Shown: positions 23,965 to 36,539 of the stretch, in pieces
How positions within the stretch are numbered: position 1 is the stretch's first letter
Layout: every line of letters begins with the position of its first letter
Assembly (NCBI GenBank): GCA_976551045.1
Contig: CDPCPM010000233.1
Location: 10,044,001 to 10,108,000, forward strand
Direction of reading: 5' to 3'
Length of the DNA stretch: 64,000 nucleotides
Origin: Glaucostegus cemiculus
Taxonomy: Eukaryota
Translations under genes and position numbers: made by a program
The notes under the pieces: model-generated
What the model was told of the DNA's origin: nothing
The model's database searches: none
The model's input: the letters and a program-made list of their open reading frames with translations, nothing else

Positions 23965-24250
23965 GTAGTGTATCAGTTAGTGTATCGCTTTACAGCGCCA
24001 GCAACCTGGGTTCAATTCCCGCCACTGTCTGTAGGTAGTTTGTATATTCTCCCCATGTCTGCATGGGTTTCCTCCAGGTGCTCCGGTTTCCTCCCACATT
24101 CCAACGGCGTATGGGTTAAGAAGTTGTGGACATGCTATGTTGGTGCTGGAAGCGTGGCGACATTTGCGGGCTGCCCCCAGAACATCTACGCAAAGATGCA
24201 TTTCACTATGTGTTTCAATGTACATGTGATGAATAAAGAATTCTTATCTA
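23965..24250 (+). mobile_element. V-domain SINE, tail type A
   Basis: Closely matches 9327-9621. Confidence 0.9.
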
Positions 24251-24275
24251 TGAAAATAAAATTTAGAATTATTTT

Positions 24276-24378
24276 AAAGACGTACGGGTAGGTTAATTTG
24301 GGGGTTAAAAATGGGCGGCATGGACTCGGAGGGCCGAAAGGGCCTGTTACCACACTGTAAATAAAATTTAAAATTTAA
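24276..24378 (+). mobile_element. 5'-truncated V-domain SINE, tail type B only
   Basis: AAAGACGTACGGGTAGGTTAATTTGGGGG...GGGCCGAAAGGGCCTGTTACCACACTGTAAATAAAATTTAAAA. Confidence 0.85.
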
Positions 24379-24379
24379 T

Positions 24380-24607
24380 TTTTTAAGATATATTTACAGC
24401 GTGGTAACAGGCACTTTCAGCCCAATGAGTCCACGCCGCCCATTTTAAACCCCCAAATTAACCTACCTGTACATCTTTTTAGAATGTGGGAGGAAACCGG
24501 AGCATCCAGAGGAAACCCACACAGACACGAGAGAACGTACAAACTCCTTACAGACAGCGACAGGAATCAAACCCCAATCGCTGGTGCTGTAACAGCTTCG
24601 CGCTAAG
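24380..24607 (-). mobile_element. V-domain SINE, tail type B
   Basis: Reverse complement of the 61186-61441 type. Confidence 0.9.
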
Positions 24608-24614
24608 TCAATGC

Positions 24615-25390
24615 TACAGGTGGATGACCTTGTATCAGAACTGGCCTGTTATAGCATAAACAGAAATGGCTGGTTATCTGAAATTATTGCATTTGATAGT
24701 GAATCCTAAGGTGTGTAACATACTAAGATGGAAGGTGACATGCTGTTCCTCAAGCTGTCATTGGGCTTTGTTGGAATGTTGTGCAACTGAAGTCAGAGTG
24801 GGGTTAGTTTGGAGATTTAAGGTGACAGAATTTTGGGATCTCCTTTGAGAACTGAACAGAGGTGTTCTGCTAAATGATCATCCAATCTGTGTTAGATTTC
24901 TCCAATATAGATGACACCACATCGAAAGCGCCTAACACAGTACACTGAATTGAGAGAAGTGCAAGTAAATTGCTGGTACACTTGGTAGGATTGTTTGGGT
25001 TTCTGGATAGAGGGAATTGATGAGGTGGTTATATCTCCTGCACTTGCATGAGAAAATGCCGTGAGAAGGGGAATGGCTGATGAAGGTGGAAGAACAAACC
25101 AGGAAGTTGCAGACGGAACAGTCCCTTTGGAATGCTGAAAAGGGAAGCGGTGTCTGGTAATGAGATCTCTTTGAAGGTGGCAGAACCATTGACTTGGAAG
25201 GCTGGTGTGGTGGAGGTGAGGATTAGGGAAAATCCCATCCTTGGTTGAAGGAGAGGGTATTAGAGCAGAAATGCAGTAACTAGGGACCAGGTTGAGAGCC
25301 CTGCCAATGGTAGAGGAGAACACAAGTTAAGAGGAAAAAAAAGACATCTCAGAAGCACGTGTAGGAAGTCGCATTATCGAAACAGGTGGC
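24615..25390 (-). mobile_element. Penelope-like element 3' fragment (GIY-YIG endonuclease pseudogene)
   Basis: QKPKQSYQVYQQFTCTSLNSVYCVRRFRCGVIYIGEI, then LEEQH-type C-terminal remnant and terminal repeat; multiple frameshifts. Confidence 0.85.
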
Positions 25391-28300
25391 GACAGACCTA
25401 TCTGTAGAAAAGGCTGCCATGGAGATGAGTTAAAAAAACAGGAAGGGTGAACTGCATATATTAAGGGCGTGGCCACACACTGATTTCCCCACTATAATCA
25501 CCATCATTGGTCTTCTTCAGTGCAGTGAATGGTCCCACACCACTGGACACCATAGCATGATGTAGGCAGTCATTGTGAGCATTCCCCAAAATGGGACACA
25601 GCAATGAGTTTCACTTGCAAGGAACAGTCCCGATTCAGTCAGGCACATGCAACGATTAAAACAGCAGTGTCCTAACCCTTTCAAGATCTGTTTGTCAGCT
25701 TTCAGAATGGTTTGCTCTTTGTTATAATAGGAGTTAAAAGCACAAGTTGTACAATCTTGCTCCAATTTTTGTTGAAAAGAAAATGGACTATCATGCATGC
25801 TGACAACATCATCACATGTGCAAATGACCCCATGGAAATGACACCTTTTGCTGAAGCGAGTGGTGACCACAAGTACCCAACTCAGTTTTCCAATGGGCAG
25901 GACCCAGCAGAGATGGGTGCTATCAGGATAAAATCAATTTAGTACATTTTATGCATAAAAAGAAAGAACAGCAGGGTCCATTTTTCCAAGCTTCAGTTTG
26001 CTCCTGATGCCATTAATGTTCATATTTAACACGGCTGTATTCTTTATCGGGAACACGAAGGTGATTCATTTACTTACCTGGAATTAGTAAATGAATGCCT
26101 GCTGAATCATCTTAGTCTCTATACAATAGCAAGAATATCTGTGTATTCTGGATCAATGAACATATTGTTCAAGGGCACAACATCCTTAAAATTCAGTAGC
26201 ATGAGATCAGACTGACTGGTGTTATCAGTAAGACCACACATGAAGAAAAGGTCTGGGATGGGGGTGTTGAGTATAAAGTAGGGAGGCGCTGAAGGATAAG
26301 GGATTGAATTGGGGTTTGGTGACAGTGCAGAGAAAGGCACCTGGTTAACAATGTATTTATTCATGATAGGTTAGAAAGATAACTATTTGGCTACCAAACA
26401 CCTTGTACAAGTAAAATAGTCACTTTCAATACTCCTTAAACTCCTACATTACCATCTTGTTGGATCAGAGGTAAACCACCTTCTTATTATGCAAATTAAA
26501 TAAAACAATTTAGGGAAGATAGTGACCTAAATGATGAAAGTACTGAATGAGCAAATTTCTTAAAAATATACTTGCATTCAGATATTGAAGGATTCATTCA
26601 CTGTTATAGATTTTAAACAAGTATTTGTGCATCTAACTCTGTCAGGGTTTTGCACGTACATATATATGTGTTCATGTCTCTCTCATTCTGCCTTTGCGTA
26701 TCTTTGTGTCTTTGTCTTTGTGAGCTTATCAGCCTGAAGGTGTTATAGCAGTGAGGCAATTCCACTCCAAGATATTTTAGGCTCGTATTAAACTCTTGTG
26801 CAAAGTATAACGTAGCAAGGTAAGCAGGCTAAGATATTCTTGAAACCAAATTCTACTAGTTTAAGTCCCAAAGCCAGCAAAAATTAATCATTGTAGCCTC
26901 TGCTGTGCTAACTTCACTGAATAAAATTTAACAATGTTAAAATAGAAACTTAAAATAGAAAGTCGTACTGAATTTTGAAGAGGTCAACTTTCTACAAATT
27001 GTTACATCTACATTTTGCTATCAGAAAAGTATTATTCTCTGAGCAGCCAATATATTTGGAAACAAGCCCAGTACTTAACGAAACAATGAATAGATCAAAG
27101 AGTCCCATGGTTAATTAAGTGTAGGGGTTGATTGGGGGCAAGAGTGTCAGCAAATAGTGTCAGAAAAATATACTGCAGTATCCAACAGCACATTAATTCA
27201 GTTGATCATTGGGAAGAATTAAGTTATAGAATATGAATTTTGTCAGTAAGATCTGAGAACAGCCTGCAAGGTGTTTATTGAGTTCTGCTTATTGAAAGGA
27301 CATCAAAATAACTTCAATTTTTAAATCCATTTGCCCTAGATATTTGCCTCATTTCTGCACAATGCACTTGCAATAGTTCAGCATTTTAGGAAAAGGATAA
27401 CCTGACTTCAGACTAATGAAAAAAACCTGCTGTAAGTGTCCATCTCTGTTGGGTGGGTAATTTTTCTCTAAGTACTTTGGTATTTATAAGTGAGGTCAGA
27501 TAAGATATTTAGATTAAAATGTTCATGGTTGGTCTTTCTACTGTAAATTAGCAATTATATTTTAGTAGATCATTTGATTCTTTCTAATCTAATTTTTGAA
27601 TGTGTTTTATGTTGATACATGATAGTACTGTGGTTAGTGCATGCTCTCTAAAGTTGGGGTCTGCTGGCTTAGCTTCAGAAATGAGTGAAAACCTCTATTA
27701 ACAGTGATTTATGCTATAAATGCAGCAGTTGTGGTTTGCATCTCCCCTAAAGTGGTGTAAATCAGATTTAAGGTCTCAAACGGAGTCTGGTGCTAAGAGA
27801 AACATGTATCATTCCATTTTGCTCGAGGAGTGAGACACAGCCTGACTTCACATTCAGGGTGTATTTGTACTTAAAATGTACGATTATACTGCAGTTCCAG
27901 TGCATATGCTGCCTGATGTTCTTTTTTTTGTAATTGCACACTGTCACTGATATAACAGTGATTAATAATAGTTTGCTGACCTTAATATCTTAAAGTGAGT
28001 GTGGTCAGAAACCTATGTAATTTTTGAGCAGTTTTGCATTTTATTTTGTGGACTCTGATGTTAAGAGTGATTTTTAAAGTGCACCACTTATTATGATCTT
28101 CCATGGTGTCAGTTAAAGTTTGACTAGGATCAATTTAAATGTAAGCCTTCAAAGTAAGATGGATATTAACATATGAGCAGAATGCTGCTTGTGCCTGAAT
28201 TGTCTTGATGACCACATTAGATTTACTGATGCGTACGGCTTCTGTTGTATTGTCACTGTTAACAGAGCATACTGGTAACTTTTGCTGCAAACTACCACAA

Positions 28301-30681
28301 TTGTGTTACCTCATGAGCAGAACTTGAATCAAAGTACCTCTTTAAATGCTGTCTGGTTTGACTTAACTTGGATTATAATGGCAGTCAAGACAATGTGGAC
28401 ATTAAAGTTATTTTCTTTGGTCATAGCTTGGCACAGGATAGAATCAGTGGATAACAAAGATGGCCTGCAATTGTGCCTAAGCATTGTGAACACTGGACAT
28501 TTAGGACCTAGTGGTTGATAACATACTCGAGAATGCAGAGAATAGTTTTTTGACTTAAAAGCTTGATTGGGCTCACAAAGGTTTTAATTAATAAAATCTC
28601 CCTCGTAAAGGCAAATCCAAATGCTACTGAACTTGCCTTCGACCATTGGAAAATGAAAAGCAAAACTATTTCAGCTCTTAAAGTTCACAACCAACACCAA
28701 TAATATCTACTAATGCTGATTTTTGAGAATGAAGTGCATACTGTTCTAAATTCAGATTACATGATCTTTATTAAGTTTGGATGTCTTTCACTGGTACAGG
28801 ATGGTTCCATATGTGTCTTCTCTTTTCTTTCTCTCTGCCTTTTCTTTCTCCCACCATCCCATTCACCATGGTGTATAATTTGTGGCAGAAATTGATGTCA
28901 TTCCACACACCAGTTCAATTAGCCCCATCCCCTGGGATTTATACTTTGAGAATACTTCCATTTTTTCCATCTGAAATGTATTTGCATATGATCTGAAACA
29001 GAGTTAATAGAATATGGGAAAATAAATATCAACTTCAATAGATGGGCTAACATCTCCGTCCTGCTCTCTAACTTCTCCAAACATTGCCAAATGTGTATTT
29101 TGATGTTTGTTTTTTTTCACACACTTCAAATATATCTAATGAAACTGAGTGACTTCAATATATCTATGCAGCATCAATCTATTCAAAGTATCTATGTAAC
29201 ATTCTTTTGTTCTGCATTAAATAGCCCCCAGCCATATTAGGCAATGGAATGTGTATTCCAAATGTGTTCTTAATGTTTGCATCCCTGTTGTGTTGTCGTC
29301 ACCCTCTGCACTTCAGTTGAATCCTCATTCATGATATATATCTTTGAAACAAATATCATTTGCCTCATCACATTTCAAGCACCATTATAGCTGTCTCCAT
29401 CTTACAATGTGATATGATTCCACCACAGTGAACAGCAAGAACAATGCATGCACACTGGAACTGTAGTATGATAGAAGAGAAAAAAGCCTTAAACTTCATG
29501 CAACTTGACAGAATTTCTATGTCACAACTTGATAACATTTCATTGGAAGGCATGAAGTATGATCAGATACCTTCTGTCTGGTTTGGAAAGTTGGTGATGT
29601 TCCTTCCTGGGAAAGAATGGCCTGTGGTGCCTGCGGACCATGCGTCAGAATCAAAATTATGAATGTGGTGTCCAAGAATTTGTTACATATTGTATGTTCA
29701 TTGGTTCCTCTTAGCCCATCAGCTTATCACACAGAAGGCCCAGAAGAAAAATTGCAGACTTCCTGGAGCCTTTTGCCATCCCTAATTTTACCTTTTCAAT
29801 TATTTTCTTTTATTAAAATTGTTTTACAAAGCTCACAAGTGTTGCATAATATGATAAAATTACTAGGCCTCTCTACCTTGTACATCACAATATATGCAAT
29901 CACCACCTGACTCCTGGAAAACACTTTGGTTATCTATTCCCACCTTTTAATATGCAATCCCAATATTTTTGCTTCCAGCATTAATCACGCCACCCACCAT
30001 GAACTAACTATTACAACCTCATCACAAAGCTACAAATACTGCAGCAATTTGCTTTTAATGCAACATAATGTTCAAATGTGCTTCGCAGAAGTGTTATTAA
30101 ATGAAAATTGATTCTGATCCACCATCAAAACCTGATGCCTGCAAGACCTAGATGACATCCAGACATGGACTGATTATTGCTATGTAACAGTTGCACGACA
30201 ATTGCCACTATAGGTACCTAGACATGTAGACAGGTATTTACACTTGGGTATTTAGACATTTAGTCTAAATACCTGAGTATGAATGAGACTGTAGATACAT
30301 TTAAGACGGAGATGACTGAAAATCCAGATGTTGCTCTGCAGACTGCATTCAGGTGTTCGGGCTGGCAGTGGACTGGAGATGGCCAGTGCAGATGTGGTGT
30401 CAAATATTGTAACCAGAAATAAGCAGGTCTCGAGGATTCAGATCAATCGAGGGAGAACGAACATTTCAAGGCTGCTACAAGGTATATATTTAAAGTACAA
30501 CAAGAGATAAGAAAGATGTATATAGGATATACAAAACAGTAAGTTTTAAACAGTGTAAAATGATTGATGAAACAACAAGTCTCACACCCTTCTGCTCGTC
30601 GGGGACTCCAATTTACAATGACCGGTCTGGAGGTCCAATGTGGAGGTCCACTGTGCCTGTGGAGAATCTCACAGGTCCTTG

Positions 30682-30777
30682 TTTTCTTACTCTCGTTTTT
30701 ATTTATTTTTCAGTAAACTTTATTCAAAATTAAAATATTACAAAATACAAAAGCTTAACATTCATGATTGTTACATT
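30682..30777 (-). mobile_element. Short polyadenylated retro-insertion (L1/Tx1-type 3' end) with 10-bp TSD
   Basis: CAGGTCCTTG at 30672-30681 and 30778-30787; minus-strand AATAAA followed by an A-rich tail. Confidence 0.75.
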
Positions 30778-31879
30778 CAGGTCCTTGGCACCGATTATGA
30801 TTCCGGTCTGAGGAGAAGTTCGATGAGCTCGTTCACTACTCACACTTATAGAATCCAGAAAGCTCACATTTCTTTTTCTAATCTACGCATTCCAATCAGC
30901 TACAATTCTAAAACTAATTATTTCTTAATGAATTTCACTTTGTTAGCTGAACCAGTCTCACTCATCTCCAAGAAAAAACAAGTTATCTTTTTATTTCACA
31001 TTCCTTAATGTCGCGAGTCTGCACACTTCAAGGCCTCAAGGGCCCTATGAATCAAGGCCTTTTGTTTTACTTATCTTCCTAATTAATATACCTGTTCATT
31101 GCAGAGACTGTGGGCTGACCACTCCATTTTCAGTAAAAAGATCTGCTTTTAACCCTCTCATTACACCAATACATTCTGTAGATTTGCTCAACATCTTATT
31201 AGGAATAAAAACTGTTTATGTTTTGTCCCACAGAAGTTTATTGCAGTTATGTGGTTTAGAGCAGAAATTTTTGATAGAGACACTTTTATATTCATTTTTA
31301 AATTTCAGGATCCTTGTACAACATGAATCCATCTGTGTGCAACAAATTTAACTTGTTCAGCATCAGATGATGCAGAATGATTTGGTCATGTTTGGAGATC
31401 AGGTATAATCCACACAATCATCGTCTTGAGTTGTATCACTTCAGTCTGACTTGGTTCTGTGTCTGTTCCAAGTAGTTAAAGCTTGTAAGCTAATTTCCTG
31501 TCATCATAGTTATTGGCATTTGTCATCTTAATTACCAGATCTCAGTCACATACCATGCTGCGAATGGATATTGAAGGTACAGCAAAGCGACTTTTTTATC
31601 TGCTGAAATCTCTAATTACTTGGCCAAAATGTGATAGAATATCCACATTAAATACTTCTTCTGTCATGGTAAACAGTTACCTCATGGAGTATTATGTCAA
31701 ATATATTTTCACAGCTGAATATGTAATCTGGTTGTATTTGCAACTCATGGTCTACAGCCACCCCACTCCAAGAAAGATCCATTCCAGGCCCTGAGTTGTA
31801 TTGAGCCGTATAATGGCAGCAATCATTTTGCAGATCAGCAATAGGCATTGTAATTGATGACCACTCTACAATCATTCCT

Positions 31880-32285
31880 GAAAGCCAATCAACTACGTTC
31901 GAAATGCAATCACTGTTTCAGTGTTGGGAACAAACAGCAATGGACTAAATTATCATCTAGCCTGTTTTTCGTGGTTGACTGAGGAATAAGTGTTGGCTAG
32001 GATATCAGAACTCTCTTCTAAATGCTGAAGGAGAGGTGAGAGGAGGCTCATGTAAGCATAGACACTGATGTTGAAAGTTTGCCTGAATGGTTTGTTTTCT
32101 GGGCTAAAAATATTCTGCTTTCACTTTATAACTAGTGCCAAGGGATCTTCTACAAGTACTTGTTGGGCAGATGGGTATTTTAGTCTCCAACAATGGAGCA
32201 CTGGACCAATATATCTGCCTTAGATTATATCCTTAATCTTCTAGTGGGGCTTGAACTTGATGACTTTCTAATGGCAAAAAAGGCC
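31880..32285 (-). mobile_element. Degenerate Deu-domain SINE, interrupted by a CR1-like tail (~32030-32110)
   Basis: GAGGAATAAGTGTTGGCTAGGA...TAGTGCCAAGGGATCTT...GGGCAGATGGG...GTGGGGCTTGAAC. Confidence 0.6.
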
Positions 32286-32819
32286 TCAATGGAGAAACAA
32301 ATTTCAGCAGATATAGAATACACGGCATTTTGTTTGTCATCTTTTAGCAAAACAAGGAATAGTACTAGAGTGGCACATACTAAATAACCAAAAATGACAA
32401 CTATACTACACAAATGAAACAAGAATTTTTAAAATTTGCCTCAACCCTAAGATAACATTGAATCCATTCTGTTACTTAATGGGATGTTGTGCAGTGACTA
32501 TTCAGGAAAGTGTAGAGGTTTTATATATTCTTAGAAATAATTTCAAGTAAATTGCCACAAATACTACATTCAGCACATGAATCAAATTAACTAAATGCCA
32601 TTAATTATCATTTAGCTGTCAGTTTTGGGAGCGTGTTACCAATTAACTTTTAAAGAAACTTAGATGACATGATGTTTAATAGGTAAGAGGTTTAGTTTTT
32701 AGTTTTAATTGGCACAGTTCAATTTCCATAACGGTGGAGAACAAAACTTTCAGTTTTTAATTGGATCAACCTAATAAATTTTGATCAAACTTAAATCACA
32801 GAAACGAGCTTAAGAGGGG

Positions 32820-33345
32820 TCTCCTGTCACAAACAGCTAAAAAGTTAGACCCGTATACGTTAGAGTTTGGAAGAATGATAGGAGATCGTATTGAAACATA
32901 TAAGATCCTAAGGGGATATGACAGGAATAGATGTTGAAATGTTTCCAAAGTGGAAGTGTCTAAAAAGGGATCATAGGCAAAAAGATGAGGCAAAAAGATG
33001 AGGCAAAAAGATGAGGCAAAAAGATGAGGCAAAAAGATGAGGCAAAAGAAGTGGAAGTGTCTAAAAAGGGATCATAGGCAAAAGATGAGGAAACAGTCAT
33101 TCAAAACTCAGGTGCATGGGAATTTTTCTTGCAGTGGATAATGAATGCCTAAAATTCTCTACCCCAGGGGGAGGTATGTAAAGAAGAGTTTGATAATTTT
33201 TGAAAGGTTATGAAATTGAGGGACTTGTGAAACTGACACAGAGGAGGAGTTGAGGCCTGGGAAAGAAGAGCCTTGAAAATATTGAATGGTGGACCAAGCT
33301 TGAGGGGCTGGGTGGCCTACATGTGCTCCTATTTTCTTGTGATTG
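32820..33345 (+). mobile_element. CR1 LINE 3' fragment
   Basis: TTAGAGTTTGGAAGAATGATAGGAGATCGTATTGAAACATATAAGATCCT...GGGGCTGGGTGGCCTACATGTGCTCCTATTTTCTTG. Confidence 0.8.
32948..33090 (+). repeat. ~42-bp duplication enclosing a (GGCAAAAAGATGA)5 tandem array
   Basis: Five perfect 13-mers at 32976-33040; AAGTGGAAGTGTCTAAAAAGGGATCATAGGCAAAA starts at both 32948 and 33049. Confidence 0.95.
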
Positions 33346-34473
33346 AAGGTCATTCTCAATCTTTACTCAGTCTTTTTCCTTTCCTGATAAAGATCTTCAG
33401 TTAATTTCAAATTCCGGAACATTTGTTTCTATCCTGGGTATCAAAGTCAGCCAAAGTGTAATTTTATTATTAGATGCATGTAAACTACCTCAGCCCTAAT
33501 CTGGAACATTTACTTTTCAGTGGCTACATAATGACCTCCTAAATCAAATTGTCAACTAATACCCCATTAAGGTTGATTATGTGCTGTGGACCATTCTAAA
33601 CGACATCTGGATTGAGAAAGTCAAAAGCCCATTTTCCAAAGCGCATTCACTTACAATCAGCGGGTAGGTTGTCAAGCAATTTTCATGCCTTCGCTCTGGA
33701 TTGCTTTGAAGTCTGAGTGTCTAATAGTGAAAGGCTATGTGATTCATAAGCGCCATGGACAAATAACCCTGCAAATGTAAATTGATGCAATTTGAGTATT
33801 ACAATTTAGTTTAAAAATCTTGAAGCCAAAGTGGACGTGAAAATGGCTGTTTAAAATAAATAACAAATGGTTCACAAATGTCTCTAATTAATTTACCCAC
33901 TCTGGCCCGTATGTCACTCCAGTTACTAAAAGTAGCTGGTATATCCCCTGTTGCATGCTCAAAATGGGCAATGTTGTAATGTAATATTGTGATGAATTCT
34001 GCAGCTGAAAGCTGATTACACTTCTGCATCTTGTGTTTAGCACACAAAGCAGAGACTGAATTTGTACACCATTGACTGGTTAGCTGTCTTCTGAACTAGC
34101 CTAGTGATTAAAACTCCCTTGACTCAAACTCAGATGGGTAATAATTACTGACCTCCATAACATCACAGAGTTATTTTTATAAAATAAATACAACTTTTCC
34201 ACTGCCAGAACACACAGTCATGAATAGAATGCTGACACATGGCTGAAAACTTCAATGGAGCTTAGTAGACCACCCACTGCCTTCCAATAATCTACACTAA
34301 CCTAATGTAGGTTGTCTATTCTATTTTTTTTCTCTGAGCATTGTATGTATTTTGCAGCAGCAGCACATTTTGCCCCTTATGTTAATAAATTGCTTTGCTG
34401 TGCCTCTTAGGATTCTCGCATCGCAGTGTATTTCAATGGCCTAACACCAATGCACTTTGAGAAAGAAGCTGTT

Positions 34474-34533
34474 TGATTTACTTAAGCATATAGATTTTTG
34501 ATAAGGTGTATGATTTACTTAAGCATATAGATT
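34474..34533 (+). repeat. 23-bp direct duplication
   Basis: TGATTTACTTAAGCATATAGATT at 34474-34496 and 34511-34533. Confidence 0.9.
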
Positions 34534-34990
34534 ATTTATGTGAACAATGAACTCCTGCTGTCAGTGAAAATGGTAATAATTCTGTTTTGTGAAATGACAT
34601 TCTTCAAAACACAGGCTGAACAACTGTAGGCATCCCGAGGAGCAGCATTTCTCAATCCACTGTTCAGTAGGATGCTGTGCCAACTTTAATCTATCATTTA
34701 AAAGTCACTATTGCAAAAATATATTGCCAAAGAAGTATTCGTTTGTGACAGTAATGTTTCTCCCTTGAATATCTTTTATCCGTACGTGTGCAGATATTCA
34801 TCCACACACGTGTTCATATTGTCTATACCATCTTAGGCTGAGAACTTTTATTGCATCAATATAGATTCTAATTGAAACATGGAGTGAAATGAATGTCATT
34901 TGCACTGTCAGAATCAATAATTCAATATCCCTTTAATTCTGCACTTGCAAAGTCTGATGGAAAGAAAATGGACTCCTAGCTATACTCACA

Positions 34991-35330
34991 GGCATGGTGT
35001 TAACTAGTAGAGCTGCTGCCTCACAGCTCCAGCAACCCAGGTTCAATCCTGACCTCCACTACTGTCTGTGTGAAGTTTGCATGTTTTTTCTATGCCCCTG
35101 TGGGTTCCCCTGGGTGCTCCAGTTACCTCCAGCATCCCTAAGATGTGCTGGTTGGTAGTTTAATTGGCTACTGTAAATTGCAACTGAGTTGGGGTGGGGA
35201 GGTGGGGGTGAAGAAACAATGACAGGAATGTCCAGAAACTGGTTACAAGGAAAATGAGTGGGTTATGGGATTGGTCTGATAGCTGGCATTGACTTGACGT
35301 GCTGAAATCGCCCTGCTTTATGTTGTATGG
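34991..35330 (+). mobile_element. Older V-domain SINE
   Basis: GCTGCCTCACAGCTCCAGCAACCCAGGTTCAATCC head; TGGGTTCCCCTGGGTGCTCCAG core; TAATTGGCTACTGTAAATTG. Confidence 0.8.
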
Positions 35331-36260
35331 AGATGGTATATTTTCCTTTTACAGTAATGCTAGCACAAAGGTTAACATGGGTTCCAATATTTTTGCTCAG
35401 TTTGGGGGGGGGGGCAGATGGAAGCAATAATCTCTTTTCAAAAGCTCTATTAATTTATAATATCATTCTTTCATCCTCTTTCACTATAACCTGAGTTCAG
35501 CTGATTTCAGGTTCTTACAGCTTTGGAATAATTATAAAGTCTGAATCTTACAATTAATAAAGATATCCAGGGATATGTATTTTGGAAACAAATCACAATA
35601 GAATCTTAGCAATGGATATGTAATTACTTTTGGTATCCTGTACAGTTCCAGTGACCATGAAAGAAAGGCTCACATAAACATAATGGCTTATCTTGTCTTA
35701 GAAATATCTCTCAATATTTCATTTGCACTGATTTATCATAGCATGCATGCAAATGTAGGGCCTAGTATCAAACTGCAGTCAATGAGATGAAGTGCAATTC
35801 TTTCATGGTGATGTCAATTGCGAGAAAAATATTTCACCTTGTTGTTAGTGTCTATCTCTCAGAATCCAATAGAGGCGTGATGCTTGTATTGTTACAGAAG
35901 AAGTCTAAGACTTTTCCTGGATTTCAACCGATTAATCTGCAGAACCATGGAACTACTTAGCTTTGCAAAATCAATAACTTAGCATTGAGTCTATCAGAAA
36001 ATTTCAAGCCACATTAGCTACTATATTTCTTGCATTATAACCGTGGTTACACTTCAAACTTGTTTAACTGTTGGTAAAATTATTTTGGAATGATGTGAAA
36101 TCATGAAGCATCTCGAATAAATTGCCAAGCCCACTATCATCAACATTCTGGGAGATGGAAGGGAACTTAACTGGACTAGCCATATAGCTACAGTATTTAT
36201 AAGTGTTAGTCAAATACAATAGTTTTCTGTCGTAAGTAACTCACCTCCTGACCCCTGATG

Positions 36261-36433
36261 GAAACACAAGAGACTGCAGATGCTGGAATCTGGAGCAAAA
36301 AGAAAACTGCTGTAGGAACTCAGCTGGTTAATGAAGGGTCCTGATGCAGGGTCACAACCATACCTTTGTCTCCACAGATGCTGGCTGACCTGCTGAGTTC
36401 TTCCAACAGTTTATATTTTTTGCTCCTGATTCC
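36261..36433. mobile_element. Penelope-derived fold-back element
   Basis: GGAATCTGGAGCAAAA..GGAACTCAGC pairs with GCTGAGTTC..TTTTGCTCCTGATTCC; central CCTGATGCAGGGTC. Confidence 0.7.
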
Positions 36434-36539
36434 CCACATTATTTTCACTATCCACAGGGAACAAGTCAAAAATGTGATTGAGCACCCTCTGGATAAGTGC
36501 AGCTTTATCAACACTCAACAAAGAAATCTGCTTAAAAGG

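Noticed and set aside
26071-26190. Strong minus-strand splice donor CAG|GTAAGTA
   Set aside because: The upstream candidate exon has stops in all three frames and the nearer AGs lack a pyrimidine tract; cannot support a CDS.
28266-28274. 9-nt microexon candidate AG|AGCATACTG|GTAACT
   Set aside because: Weak donor site and no recognisable host gene; such matches are expected by chance in 64 kb.
32976-33040. CRISPR-like array
   Set aside because: Head-to-tail 13-mers with no spacers, in a eukaryotic context with no cas genes.
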